64,000 bases of DNA, from contig JAPEUI010000010.1 in assembly GCA_026025075.1 (NCBI GenBank), positions 186,001-250,000 on the forward strand, written 5' to 3'. Below the pieces are notes generated by a model. It worked only from the letters and a program-made list of their open reading frames with translations, was not told the origin of the DNA and ran no database searches. The DNA is from Vezdaea acicularis (taxonomy: Eukaryota). The position numbers were made by a program, and so were the translations under genes. Position 1 is the stretch's first letter; the number at the start of each line of letters is the position of its first letter. Of the stretch, positions 1 to 12,243 are shown one piece after another.

Positions 1-955
1 TTTTAAACTACTTACGTGAGTTTTGCACCTAGACACTATCCCTAGCATCTCTGACACATTAAACAGGCAAGCAGAAGTTCGTAGCCACTCCTATTCTCTT
101 GGGGAGATTTGGTTTGACGAGACTTTTGCTTTTTTACAGCCGACCCTACTCCGTAAGTGACTCACCCAAATTTATCAAGCAGAGCAAATGCTCACATACT
201 TTTGCTTATTGAATAGGCAACAGATATTTCTGCAAACCTGCACAATGCAGTTAACAAAGGTTGGGAGACCGAAAAAGACGCCAATAAGATAGGTCACTGT
301 CCCTGAGTTGGCTGACATATCTGGATATAGTCAATGCAGCGAAGACCTTGAAGGAAATGCATGAGCGGGGTGATATCGAGGGAAAAGCTGCAGGTAAGTC
401 AAATGCTGCCTTTGGGGATTCCAGCTTCAAGAATAGGGGGCCTGACTTGGGCCCTAGGCAAGCAACTGGTTTATCACGCGAAACAGGACCCCAATGACTT
501 TATGAGCCCGGAAGAGCTCACAGCCATGGATCAGGAGATTGAAAGTGTACGTTCAGACATCGTCGCGCGCAAAGCTGAGCAAAAGGTCCTGCAAGCTACA
601 TGTAACGTTCTGAAGTCTACACCGACGACAGATGCTCTTCGTGATTCCGTAAGCGCTCTGGAGGCAGAAAAGGACTCCTTGGAGGCCCGTCTCCGGGTGT
701 TCAGATCTGGCGATGTCGCACCCGTGAATGTAGAGGGAAAGGAGAAGGCAGAGAGGGCTTTGAGGACAATGCAGAGGCAAGCAGGAAACAGGAAGAAGAT
801 CTTTTGGGAGCTCTGGGCTATGGTGACGGAGAATCAACCCGAAGGGATTACGAAAGAGGATTTGTGGGTACGTTGAGAGGCTTTGAGCCGTGGTTCACAG
901 GAACGTACTCTGACATTAGGCGCAGGAACAGCTTGGACTCGAAGCTGACGCTTGA
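1..955 (+). CDS. HOP2: Homologous-pairing protein 2 (Hop2/TBPIP), 5'-truncated at the window edge. Exons ..15, 67-76, 140-152, 217-259, 331-393, 458-867, 926-955
   Basis: Hand splicing at GT-AG sites gives LNYLRKQNRPYSATDISANLHNAVNKVNAAKTLKEMHERGDIEGKAAGKQLVYHAKQ (Hop2 winged helix), then a coiled coil and C-terminal DLWEQLGLE. Confidence 0.88.
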
Positions 956-1565
956 TTTGGGCCCACGAGATGGTGCAGTCTTGGCTCATAAGCCTCATCA
1001 TCCACTCTAGATGCGTATGTGCGATGTGTTGGTTGAGTATAACGGGATGAGAGGTTGCCCACCACTGGCGAAGCTCGGACCCTGAAGTTTTCCATCTTAC
1101 TTTATGTCGAATCACCATGAAAGCTGAAACGAGGCTGCGATCACTTGGGAGATAGACCATACTATTTGGGCGTAAATCTTGCAAAACAATTATGTGATCT
1201 GTCCGTGTAGATAGACGATCCCCCCCAATCAATCACGCCTTCTCACCGCCTTGGCTCTCCGAACAACTCTCCAGCGAGTCGAGCCTGGAAAGCGAGGGTC
1301 TGCGGCTGCCGGCTAGGCTATCGTGCCCAGCGCAGCGCTAAACAACGGCTAAAACGCTGCCACTTGGTGACTCGACCACAGTCCCGCTTGGGCATGGCTA
1401 TCACGCGCGCATTGCAATCTCTTCTCCACCCTCAAACCCACTCTTGTCCCATAACACTCGCACCTTGGAGCGCAAAAGCGTAGTACGACTAGCATTCGGA
1501 CATCTTGTGCAATAGAGTCCCCCAACACATCGAAGGGCGCTGCTTGCGTCACTTCCTCGCAGCAC

Positions 1566-3634
1566 ATGGAAGCTTCGGGGCCTTTTCTGGCTGGCCCGCA
1601 ATTCCCCTCACCTCAACGTCCCTCGAATGTTCACGCCTCGAACACCAGTACAAATACACCACCAGACCGCACGCTGTTCGCTGGCAGTATGGATAATCAA
1701 CCACACACAATGAAACCAACGTCGAACGTCCGAAATGGTCATAACGGGCGAGACAGGGTGCCGGGGGACCATCGTAGGATCGTATCGACAGGTGCAAACG
1801 GTAACGGTGCGATGCCTGTGCCTGCGGGACCTCTCGGACAGATGACGAATGGGCATGGCCGGAATGTGAGCGGAATGACACCCTTCGACGGACCTAGATC
1901 GCCGCCGAGTAGTAAAAGTGGGTTTCCATGTTCATTCCCGTCAGGAAATCGTCGTTGATCGCATCCTGTGTAGATACCTCTCATGTTCCCTGCAAGTTTT
2001 TTAGACAAGGGACCTGTCAAGCTGGCAAAGCTTGCCCGTTCTCTCACAACCTTGAAACAACGACCGACCAGGCTCCTTGTAAATATTTCGCCAAGGTACG
2101 AGTTGGTTTACCATATACATGCTTTGCTAGATCCGAGAATACCCAATGTTGTAATGTAAAACTAATTTGGACACAGGGCAACTGCAAATTCGGCGCAAAA
2201 TGTGCCCTAGCACATCTACTACCGGACGGGCGACGAGTAAACAGACCCAATTTCTCTCATATGAACGGGGGGCATTTGAACCTTGGCGGACGTGTTATTC
2301 CAGACCATTACGCCCATCAGTCTGCCCTAGCCAACTCCCTTCATCAAGCAAATGTAGGGCCTCCATCAGCAGCTTATGGACACCAATACCACTATTCTAG
2401 CAAGGAAGACTTCCCTACTCTTCAACAACACCAGCAGCAACGGGGCAACTCACACATAGACAACGTCCCGAATATTGAGACCGGCTTGTCCTCCAACCCA
2501 GGTTCACCTTATGGCTCTCCACGCGAAGAAGATTACGGGCATCTGTCTTCCAACCACTTGACTGCTCGCGATGCGCCCATGCCCGCCTCTTTCGAAAGCA
2601 ACGGCATATCCTGGAATGCTCGCTATGGACCGGTGGCCGCCTCAGTACCTACGAAGTTTGGCATGGGTTCACCTCCTGCATTCATGACCAAAGACGCGAA
2701 GCCATCAGGGGCTGTCAAAAACCTTCAAGAATCTGCTTATGGTCGCAACAAGATCAGTGCCATGAGCGCCATCGGAACGTCGATGGGATCGATGGGATCA
2801 TCTCCACCTGCCAGCGAGTTCGGTATTCGTCGTACGATGCACTCTCAGCGACTTCCTAAGCATAGCATCACATCTGCGAGCCTTCCCAAGCAACCGGTGA
2901 ATGATGACTGGGACGATGGATTTGCTTTTGAAGAAGAATTGCTGCCTGGTAGTCTCCAAGACTTGCTGACGCCGCAAGAGAAGATGCGAAGATACTCAAG
3001 GACCGAAGAGGACACCGCTGCACAACGACCCAGCTTTAGCGGGTTTGGGACTCCAGGCGAATCGTCAAGCAAGGTTGGATCTCCTACCGTTGGTAGCCCA
3101 TCTCGTTTCGGCGCTTTGTTTTCCCGTCAGAAGAAGGATGAAGAAGGGGGTATGGCAACTTCTGCTTTCGGTCATGTTGGCTCTCCTCTTCGAAACTCGT
3201 CCCTCCATCCCGACGCAAGTCCGAGTATGCACGCTGTCAGCCGACCTACCTCTGGTGAAGTCTCACCTTACTTTGCCTCACCTCCACGCCAGTCCTCGAT
3301 GTCGATGATCTCTCAACAGCTTCAGCGAACCCGCCTATCGAAGTCTGAATCCTACAGTAACGAACAAAATGCTGGGCTTCATCCGTCTTCTGCAGTTACT
3401 AGGCCGTCCTTCAATTCTAGTAGCCGTCTTGACCGTGCAGTATCGTCTACTAGCATTGGTCCACCAAGGATTGAAGAAGAAAAAGAAGACTTCGTGTTCC
3501 CAATGGAAGAGGAGGAGGATAGCAAAAGCAAAAGCAGCAGTTTCTGGACCAATGGAGTTAATACACGCTCCCCGCGACACAGCAGTCTTGGAGTGAGATC
3601 CAGTAATCCAGCAACCGAGGGCACTCCCTTTTGA
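1566..3634 (+). CDS. Tandem CCCH zinc-finger protein, Lee1/Cps3(Scp3)-like. Introns ~1919-1972 and ~2096-2176
   Basis: HVPCKFFRQGTCQAGKACPFSH and APCKYFAK/GNCKFGAKCALAH CCCH fingers, FEEELLPGSLQDLLTPQEK motif, Ser-rich tail. Confidence 0.85.
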
Positions 3635-4260
3635 AGACACAAATGCAATGCAATGATGATTACGGTCTCGATGCGGTGGAGATTCAGCAGAAGGCGCTTG
3701 GTTTTTTCTTAGCAGGGTTGGAGATAACTAAGGCATGAGGATAGAACTGCATCGGATCTCGGCGAATAAAAGCAAAGGATATACCTGGCTTGGCTTTGCC
3801 GTTGGCAAATTGGCGTGTTGGCAGAGGAGTTTTCCGCTTTCTTGTTGGATCTTCCCTAGAGGGTCCGAAAGGGCGTTATCTGCAGTGGATATATGCATCA
3901 GATGCTCTGCAACGGATGCTATTCGCCTGGGCTTGTGCATTTTACACAGCCCGCTGCTAGTTTGACGCGTACCGTTGTGGTCGCTCATAACCTGACGCAA
4001 GGTCTTAATCCCTAGTGAAGAGATAAATGATTTTAGAATCGACTATTTTCTCCTCACACAATATGCAGTACATTGAAAGCTGCAGTGTTGATGGTGCTGA
4101 ATACAAGCGAAATACCTTAAAAGGCAAGGAAGGCTATCCACGTCCACTGTAAGCGAGACCTTACATTCTTGCACTTCAGGCAAGCCACTCCGGTCCTCTC
4201 TCTCACCTTTCCACCACCGCATCATTTTCTCTCCAACACCTCTCCTCACAAACCCTCAAG

Positions 4261-5154
4261 ATGGCGGACAACGAGCTCCAGCACATAATGCACACACTCC
4301 ACCACAACCTTACTCACCACGACTATACGCAATCACCGACGCTCCTCTCCCGCGCCAAACGCCTCCTCCTCACCCTCAATGCCCTAACGCCCACCCCCAC
4401 AACCTCGCCCCACGCCCTGCACCTTGCGCGCGAAACCCTCGAGCTCGGTGCCCTCCTCTCCATCCGCCTGCAAGATCCCGACAGCTTCACGCGCTACTTC
4501 CAGCAGCTGGCGCCCTTCTACGACTTGCCATCGTCCACGCTCTCCCGCGACAAGTCCCAGCAGTCAAAAGTCACTGGGCTATACCTGCTGCTCTTGCTGA
4601 CGAAAGGAGATTATGCGGGCTTTCATACTACCCTGGAGCATCTGATGGTTGGGGGGAGTCATAGGGAGGGCGTCGAGAAGGATCGGTTTATCTCTTATCC
4701 GGTCAAGCTCGAGCAGTGGCTGATGGAGGGAGCGTATGATAAGGTGTGGGAGGCGACGGAGAGGGAAAAGGTTCCGAGTGAGGAGTATGGGGTATTTACG
4801 CCGGTGAGTTTCCCTGTGGGGCCTGTAGTGCTCTTGGCGGCTTAGAAAACTAATTTGTGGCGGCAGATCCTGACGAATACGATACGCTTCGAGATCGCGA
4901 GTTGTAGCGAGAAGGCATATACGTCCCTCCCGCTCTCAAACGCGAAGAGTCTTCTGTTCCTGCAAAGCGAGGGCGCGGTGGTGGAGTTCGCACGGGAGAG
5001 GCAGTGGACGGTTCGGGATGGACGGATATGGTTCGCGGCGGAGGGAAGTGCGGACGATGAGGCTGCGAGGAAACAGGCGGAGGTACTGGCAGCGAGTAGG
5101 CCAGTTATCGAGAGTACGATAGGGTATGCGAGGGAGCTGGAGACAATCGTCTGA
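4261..5154 (+). CDS. RPN12: 26S proteasome lid subunit Rpn12. Intron ~4804-4867
   Basis: ARETLELGALLS, SFTRYFQQL, GLYLLLLL...FHTTLE, YPVKLEQWLMEGAYDKV, TIRFEIASCSEKAY and C-terminal IGYARELETIV. Confidence 0.95.
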
Positions 5155-5253
5155 GCGGACTGGACGAAGGTAGGGGGCTTAGGAAGCATGATGCATGGCA
5201 GCGACAGGAACCTATAGCTCAATGCTGCATCCTAGGCTTAACTATCTACTGTA

Positions 5254-6831
5254 TTATTGCCCGGCTGACTCTCGCTGAGCTTCAAAGCCGTGCGAAGCAG
5301 TAGCTAGCTCCAACCTGGGTTTCCACCTCCAGAAGCAAACTCTCCTATCGTAGAAACTGGTACTCACGATCCCTTGCTCTATATTTGGAGGATTGACTGA
5401 CCAGCCTGTACTGGCATAGCACATGCTCTCATGCTCCTCAAACCGCGCCACCAGCTTGAGTTCCCATTCATCTCTCGCGCCGTCATACGTGCTCTCCACG
5501 ATTGCAGCCCCGGCATGCATAGAGCTGACCAGCCAGTAAGCCTTGATGCTTCCCCATGTCGCGCGATCAGATCTGATGGTGGAAAGCGAATGATTGGATC
5601 CCGGCTTGACCTGCATTGTTGACGGCAATGGCTCGATCTGCCATACTCCACCCCCAAGCCTCAGCTCTGCGCGCACACCTCTGTTCGTCGCCGTATCGAT
5701 AACGCGTATGTGCTCATCATAGCTCCCCGTAATTATCACGGGGTCTTCCTGCTGTGAGGTCATCGAGTGACATCCAACATACGTATCATGGCAGAACACT
5801 CCTGAACTCACCAGATCTCCTTGCCCTAGCACCCGCATGGCACCGCATGTAGTGCAGAAGAAGAGGGAGGGCTGCGCGAGCGCCGTCACGCCTGCGCTGT
5901 GCAATTTCCATTGACGCGTTGCGCCGCCATTCATGCTGGACCAGGACTTGGTCTCGCCGGCTTGGCGCTCATGTTGTGTGGCGGGCATGGTGGTGGGGGG
6001 CCCTGGAGAGCATTTGAGTAGGCTGTCGTCGCCGCCAGAGAAGATGACGGTTGAGGAGTCAGTACGGCAAATAGGTAGGATGCACCAGGCTTCGAGGCCA
6101 GAGTGCGTGGTCAAGGAGCCTCCTAGAGGGACTAGCGGCTCCAGGTGCTTGCCTGGCGCTTTAAGGTGGAAGAGAGTGACTATCGAAGTCGAAGTTGTGA
6201 GGACGACGAGCTGGTGCAGGATGCGTATGGAGGTGATGAGGGTGCTCTCGGGGAACAGCGACTGAGTAAGCACATGTTGGATGGGGGAATAGGAGAGCTC
6301 AGCATCTTGTATGCGAATTGGGTAAATGAGTGTGTAGGTTGAGAAGGTGCCTGTACTAGAAACGACATGGAAACTCCGAGGATTATATGGATTGAAGCTA
6401 ATGTCGAGAACCGCCGAAGGAGTGGGGAGAGTATAAAGTGTCTTGATGTTGTCTGAACGGTCATCCACGCGAATAAGAACTAAGCTTCCCCGCCGCTCTT
6501 GCCTCTGGACCGTTCTGGACTCTGCCTCTTCATGCGGGGAGTCTGTAATGACTGTCTCGTCTTCTTCGATCAGTGATTCCTCGTGAGGAACATTGCCATC
6601 TAGCTGGGTATGGTCGCTTGCCACGTTATCCTTCTCCTCGTGCTCAATATCCGTGGAATGGACGTCTGCGGAATCCTCTAGGTAATATGTGCCAATCACA
6701 AAGTATCCCAAATTGCCCGGAACTTCACGAATACAGCTGGGCGGTAAATCGAGGTATAATGTGCAGCGAGACTTAATATCTTCAACCACCTCCGCAGCTC
6801 TAGCATTTCGTTTTTCGTTCAACGCCGACAT
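5254..6831 (-). CDS. DPH7: Diphthine methylhydrolase Dph7/Rrt2 (WD40)
   Basis: LDLPPSC, VIGTYYL, LEAW, FSGGDDS, HSAGVTA, TGSYDEHIR, LGGGVW, FEEHESMCY and SFYDRRVCFW motifs. Confidence 0.88.
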   Translation of the reverse strand: MSALNEKRNARAAEVVEDIKSRCTLYLDLPPSCIREVPGNLGYFVIGTYYLEDSADVHSTDIEHEEKDNVASDHTQLDGNVPHEESLIEEDETVITDSPHEEAESRTVQRQERRGSLVLIRVDDRSDNIKTLYTLPTPSAVLDISFNPYNPRSFHVVSSTGTFSTYTLIYPIRIQDAELSYSPIQHVLTQSLFPESTLITSIRILHQLVVLTTSTSIVTLFHLKAPGKHLEPLVPLGGSLTTHSGLEAWCILPICRTDSSTVIFSGGDDSLLKCSPGPPTTMPATQHERQAGETKSWSSMNGGATRQWKLHSAGVTALAQPSLFFCTTCGAMRVLGQGDLVSSGVFCHDTYVGCHSMTSQQEDPVIITGSYDEHIRVIDTATNRGVRAELRLGGGVWQIEPLPSTMQVKPGSNHSLSTIRSDRATWGSIKAYWLVSSMHAGAAIVESTYDGARDEWELKLVARFEEHESMCYASTGWSVNPPNIEQGIVSTSFYDRRVCFWRWKPRLELATASHGFEAQRESAGQ

Positions 6832-7034
6832 TTCTAGTTCCAGTTATCGGACCTAATCCATGCACTCGCGTGTTTGTCCCTGCAGATCTTTGCGCTAGTC
6901 CGGGGAAGCTTCAAGAGCTTCCGAGACCTTGTCCGAGACCCGCGAACCGCCACGGACGAGGCAACCATCATGTAGGTACGTCAGGGAGATTCGCTGCAAG
7001 GCGGGCGTGAAAATGCCGTCTATCAGATGTCGAT

Positions 7035-8101
7035 ATGGAAGAGCGTGAAGAGGAAGGATACTTGACGGACGAGTCGAGCTTCTATGGTTTGCGAATTCAG
7101 CATCCAAAAATAGGCACGGTTTGGCTGACGTAAAGATATTTCTAGGGGATGACGACCTTGTTGCTTCATTAGAAGATCAAGTGCTCAGCTTCTCGCCTTC
7201 AGCTTGGTGGTCCGACTGCCCCAAGACTCTCACAGCTATGGCCGAGGAAGGTAAAGCAAGGAATGCTTTACTAGAAGAGCAGAAGCCGAAGACAGAACTC
7301 CACAATCTGGTGGCGAATAAACGCTCCGCAAGACGACTTTCAGAGACGATCAATGAGTTCCTGGCTCGCCTCATGCCCTCCAAATCGCCAAGGAAAGAGT
7401 GCGGGGAGTACATATGGATTTCGAACCCATATACAGAGTATAGTTTGACACTCCAGGAAGATTGGGCTGGCTTCAGAGAGGGTTCGACACTCATCCTAGA
7501 ACAGTGGTCGGAGAGGACGCAAGAGATTGAGCGTGAAAACCTAGGCAGACCGCAAAGTATCATCAAACGCGCCCAGACGAAAGAGAGGCAGGTGGTGGAG
7601 CAATCTATACTGGCGCTTGCAAAATCATGCGGGTGCACCTGTGGCAAGGTCTGTCCCTGGTATCTACAAGCCTCAGACGGTGCTAAAGTTTGTTTCATCT
7701 CAGTGGATGCTATTCGTGCTGCCAGAACAAGTTGACGAAATATGGGCTGTTGTTGCCAAAGCTGTCGCTATGAATGACCTGGGTCATGTCGCCAAGGTGG
7801 CGACGGTTCCAGAGGATTCCAATAATCGCGAGTCACGCCTTATTTGTGTTTCCACTCTTGACTTCAGCGATCTGAACGATGTGAAAAGAGTTCTGAATAA
7901 GCTGAAAGAACTGGGGCTCGTCACTAGGGGACAGAGAGGAGCAATATACTACAAATGCGGTAGGGGAATAGCCCATGAATTGTACTGGATGGACGAATAG
8001 GCTGACTTGAAGCAGATGCTTGGACGAATATGGATCTCTATAAGGGCAACGAGTGGGGCTTCAAGCCATGGCTGTATTCAAGTGCTGAAGTATTGGCTTA
8101 G
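7035..8101 (+). CDS. Bles03/DUF1917 (C11orf68-like) protein, spliced
   Basis: Spliced frame gives CGK|WMLF..VDEIWAVVAKA..LGHVAKVA..RLICV.T.DFSD..DVKRVL..L..LG..IYYKC|DAWT; ATG at 7035, TAG at 8101. Confidence 0.8.
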
Positions 8102-8282
8102 AAGTGACCTGGCTCTTTAGATACTTAGTTTGATGTGGACATTCTTGCATCTTTAGCGGCATTTAATCTTTCAAGAGGAGATACCCTTCAGGCGCGTCTT
8201 TTTGCAGCAACATTGCCAGCAAAGTGTTCGAGTTGGGTTTTATGCATAGAGGAATGTATAGGCATAGATGAAAACGGTAATC

Positions 8283-9120
8283 CTATGGCGGAAGCCCTTT
8301 TCTCCAAACACCACTGAGCACTTGCTCGCAGTCGTGCCTCACTTCGTCAGCCCCTTTGACGCCTTCATCTTCCCACTTCTGTAGCCACTTTGCCAGCATA
8401 TTCCATTCCCCTAATGCTTGGCTAGATTTTTCATCTTTGACTAAAGCTGCGAGTCTTTTCGGTGAGTTCAGAACCCACATAGCGGTCTTTCTTTGGCGCT
8501 CCTTGTCCCCAGAGTACTGAGGTTGTGGCTCTGTCCTGACCGATGATGCTGCTCCGTCTTGCAAGGTTGTCGCGAGAGATGTTGCAGTTTCCGATATATG
8601 AGAAATCGCTGGCGCTAAAGTCGATGTTGTGGGTGCTAGTGGATCCATATTCGATCTCATTTTACGAATGGTGTCCGTAGCTGTAATCAGTTTCGAATAA
8701 TTGTCGTATACCAGTGCCTTCCGTTCTCCATCAAGGCCCCTGATTTCTGCGTCACTCGACCATATGAGCTTCAATTAGTCCGCATTCTCCAGGGTTCGTA
8801 CCATTGACCAGCCCTCCCTCCACCCGAAGAACATGCTGAAGGTTCTCATTTGCAAGAAGATTCCTGACATAAGTCTCAGCGTCAAAACCTTCTTGGTCAA
8901 GTTCCCCCTCCTTGACATCGGTTTCGGCTCCAGATGATGGCGCATCAGCAGCAGCGGCGGCGTCTGTTTTCAATCCATAATAATCTCGCAGAGCCGCTCG
9001 ATTGCGTCGTTGTGGAGGCACGCGTGCAGGCGACGCTGCTTGTGACCGTGTTGTTGTGTCTGTCGATGCTCGCCGAGACGACGATGGTGTCGTGAAGGGT
9101 GGTGAATTAATCGTGGACAT
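8283..9120 (-). CDS. VPS51: GARP complex subunit Vps51 (Vps51/Vps67 family). Intron ~8747-8801
   Basis: RRNRAALRDYYGL, LDQEGFDAETYV and EIRGLDGERKALVYDNYSKLITATDTIRKM. Confidence 0.88.
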
Positions 9121-9301
9121 TTTGAGTGCTTTACGTTACCCGAACACTGCAGCAAGAGTTTCGATTGTTACTTCGACCGGAGCACGACCCATAGGGCTGA
9201 AATAAAGTTTAGCCATTTCGCTAGCTAAGAAAATCTCCTTCGTGTTCGAGAACTTTGTAACCTACCATTGCCAAGCATTTAGAACCAGTTCGGCAGACGA
9301 G

Positions 9302-11610
9302 ATGGGCAAAAAGCCTCAGAAGGCCGGGAAAACGCCTGGGCCAAAAGATGAAGAGGAAGAAAGCTCATTGCAGGCAGTTGTAAGTAGCATAGTCTTCAGT
9401 GATGCGCATTCCCCACTAAATACCATTAGGTTCTGGCCGATTCATTTGAGACGAGGTTTAATCCCTTCACGCTAGAACGACCCCGCGTATGTCGCTATAC
9501 GCCTTACATCGAGACATCACTCATATTGGACAGTGCCTTTTGCCCCTAGCAAATACTCCGCTCATAGAATATACTCTGGAATTCCTCGCCAATGCCGGAG
9601 TAGAGGACATTTTTGTTTACTGCGGGGCGCATACTGATCAGGTGGAGGAATACGTCAAGTAACACAATTTCCTTCCCAAGCTGTTAGAGATGTATGCTCA
9701 TAAGCTTTAGGAAGTCAAAATGGAGTCTCACGTCATCTCCATTCTCGAAGCTACATATCATCAAATCGGCATCACATTCTATCGGCGACATGATGCGGGA
9801 TCTGGATAAGCGCGACGTGATCAAAGGTGACTTTTTGATTGTAAGCGGGGATGTTGTCAGTAACTTTCCTCTTGAAGAAGCTCTGGCGAAGCATCGTGCG
9901 CGGCGATCGGTGGATAAGGCAGCTATCATGACTATGGTCCTGAGGGAAGCCGGAACAATACACCGTACGAAAGCCCAAGGCGCATCACCAGTCTTCGTCA
10001 TTGACCCGACCAAGGACCGCTGCCTACATTACGAGGAGATGCATCCCGGTCAAAATGGTCGGCATATCAGTATAGACCAGGACTTGCTCTCTTCACATAC
10101 AGAAATAGATGTTCGGAACGATCTGATAGATTGCTATATTGACATTTGCACACCGGATGTCCTTGCATTATGGACCGATAGTTTTGATTATGAGTCCCCT
10201 CGGAAGCAATTTCTTTTCGGCGTCTTAAAGGACTACGAGCTCAATGGCAAGACCATCCACACTCACATTGTTAATGATCATTACGCCGCAAGAGTTCGAA
10301 ATATACAATCATATGACGCTATCAGTAAAGATGTTATAACACGATGGGCATATCCAATTTGTCCCGAGAGTAATCTTCTTAAAGGTCAGACCTTCAAGCT
10401 GTCCAGAGGAAATATATACCAAGAAGACGGCGTTATGCTCTCACGATCGTGCAAGATTGGGAGGCGCACAGTCATTGGTAGAGGCTCTAGTATTGGCGAT
10501 GGTAGCGTCATATCCAACTGTGTCATTGGCCGGAGGTGTCAAATCGGAAGAAACGTTAGACTCGAGGGTGCATACGTTTGGAACGATGCCGTTATCGGTG
10601 ACGGATCAGAGGTGACAAGATCAATTATCGCAAGCGAAGCCGTTGTGGGGAAGAATTGTAAGATTCGTGCTGGCGCCTTGCTGTCTTTCGGCGTCCAGGT
10701 TGCAGAAGGGAAGGAAATATCTGGTACCCAGAGAATTACTCAATTTAAGCCGAAAAAAGAAGATCCAGATGAGACTAGCGGGAAAGAGAGCGACCTCAAT
10801 CTAGTAGGTGAAGGGGGTGTAGGTTATAACTTTATAGAGTCTGGTAGCGATGAGGAAGATGAGTTTGAGACGCTCTCATCCCGTCTGGGTAAGTTGGCGA
10901 AGAGCTCATGTCATACATTGTACTAACACGTTCAAGTTTTTAAGCAATCGGATTTTGCTATCTCGGATTCCTCTATATCAACCCTGAGCTCGGATGGTTA
11001 TGACGCACTCAGTGACACCGGGAGATCCAAAGCGGATAGCTTTGCCTCAGTGGCATCTGATGAAGGCATCGCCGAGAATCGCTTCCACCAGGAGCTGGCC
11101 TCGAGCATTCATGACTCACTGCAGAAAGGAGATGACTCGACCATTATCTCTCTTGAACTCCAAGGAATGCGGCTTAGCAACGACGCATCATATCACCAAG
11201 TTAGAAGAGCGATTGCATCAGCCTTCATGCGCCGCGTAGAGCAGGTTATAGAAATCCAGAAAGTTGGTGATACAGAAGCAGTAACGCAAGTCATCAGCCC
11301 CCATCACGAGCTTTTCAACAAGGTGATATTCGATCATGACAAAGCTGAAAAAGATGACCAGGTGGACTTTCTTCTCGCCCTACAGCGAGATCTTTCCAAT
11401 CGAGAAAAAGGTGAGAATATCCTGTTCTCTGTTGCGAAGAAGCTCTATGAAATGGATGTAATCGAGGAGGATGGCTTTAACCAATGGTGGGCCGATCCTA
11501 GATCAATCGAGGGTTCGAATATAGAGAGGGTACGGGCCAAGACATTGCATTTTATAGAGTGGCTAGCGAATGCGGAGGAGGACAGTGATGAGGACGAGGA
11601 TAGTGCATAA
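9302..11610 (+). CDS. GCD6: Translation initiation factor eIF2B epsilon subunit, 4 introns
   Basis: LQAV|VLADSFETRF.PFTLERPR|CLLPLAN nucleotidyltransferase-like domain, hexapeptide LbH repeats and W2 domain (LYEMDVIEED..QWW..FIEWLANAEEDS). Confidence 0.95.
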
Positions 11611-12243
11611 ATTGGAAGGACTCCTCACTTAATGGTCATTCATAGTGCATTGATGACACCCCAGCTGTGCCAAATGACACTTTATCCAGGTGCAAACATA
11701 AGCAAACATATGTTGTGCATTCTGGTTGCCTGACGCTAAACAGCGGGCTAATCCAAGAACCAACCAATGCGTCAGAGGCTCGCCAGTATTCACTTCGCCA
11801 TTCACATGGTTGTGATCCAAGGTTGAATCTCCGTCTCCTCCGTGCACACCCCCGGATCCAGTCCTTTGACAGCTGACTACCCCATCTTTACCTTCTTCCA
11901 GATCCTTGCTGGTAGCTGTGGAGATTTTGAAGCTGGCACCTCGCTCATTTTGCCGCCTGCTTACTCAGAGTCGCCCCCTCTTTTCCTATCCATCAGTCCA
12001 TAACTAGACCACTCGTGGGGTGGCACTGCTGTTGCAACTCGTCGGTGCCTGACGAGTTCGACGCAGCGTTCACTCTCCCATTAAATATCCACGACGCCTA
12101 TTCAATCCTCGAGAAAGCGGCGGGCGATTCAACTTTTGTCTTCGGACGAAGAGACGTCTAGGAAGAAACCTGCCACGGTTGTCACGGCTACCCCGGCTGC
12201 CACGGCCTTGCCAGCCACACCTCTCACCGCCGCAAGCACAAAC

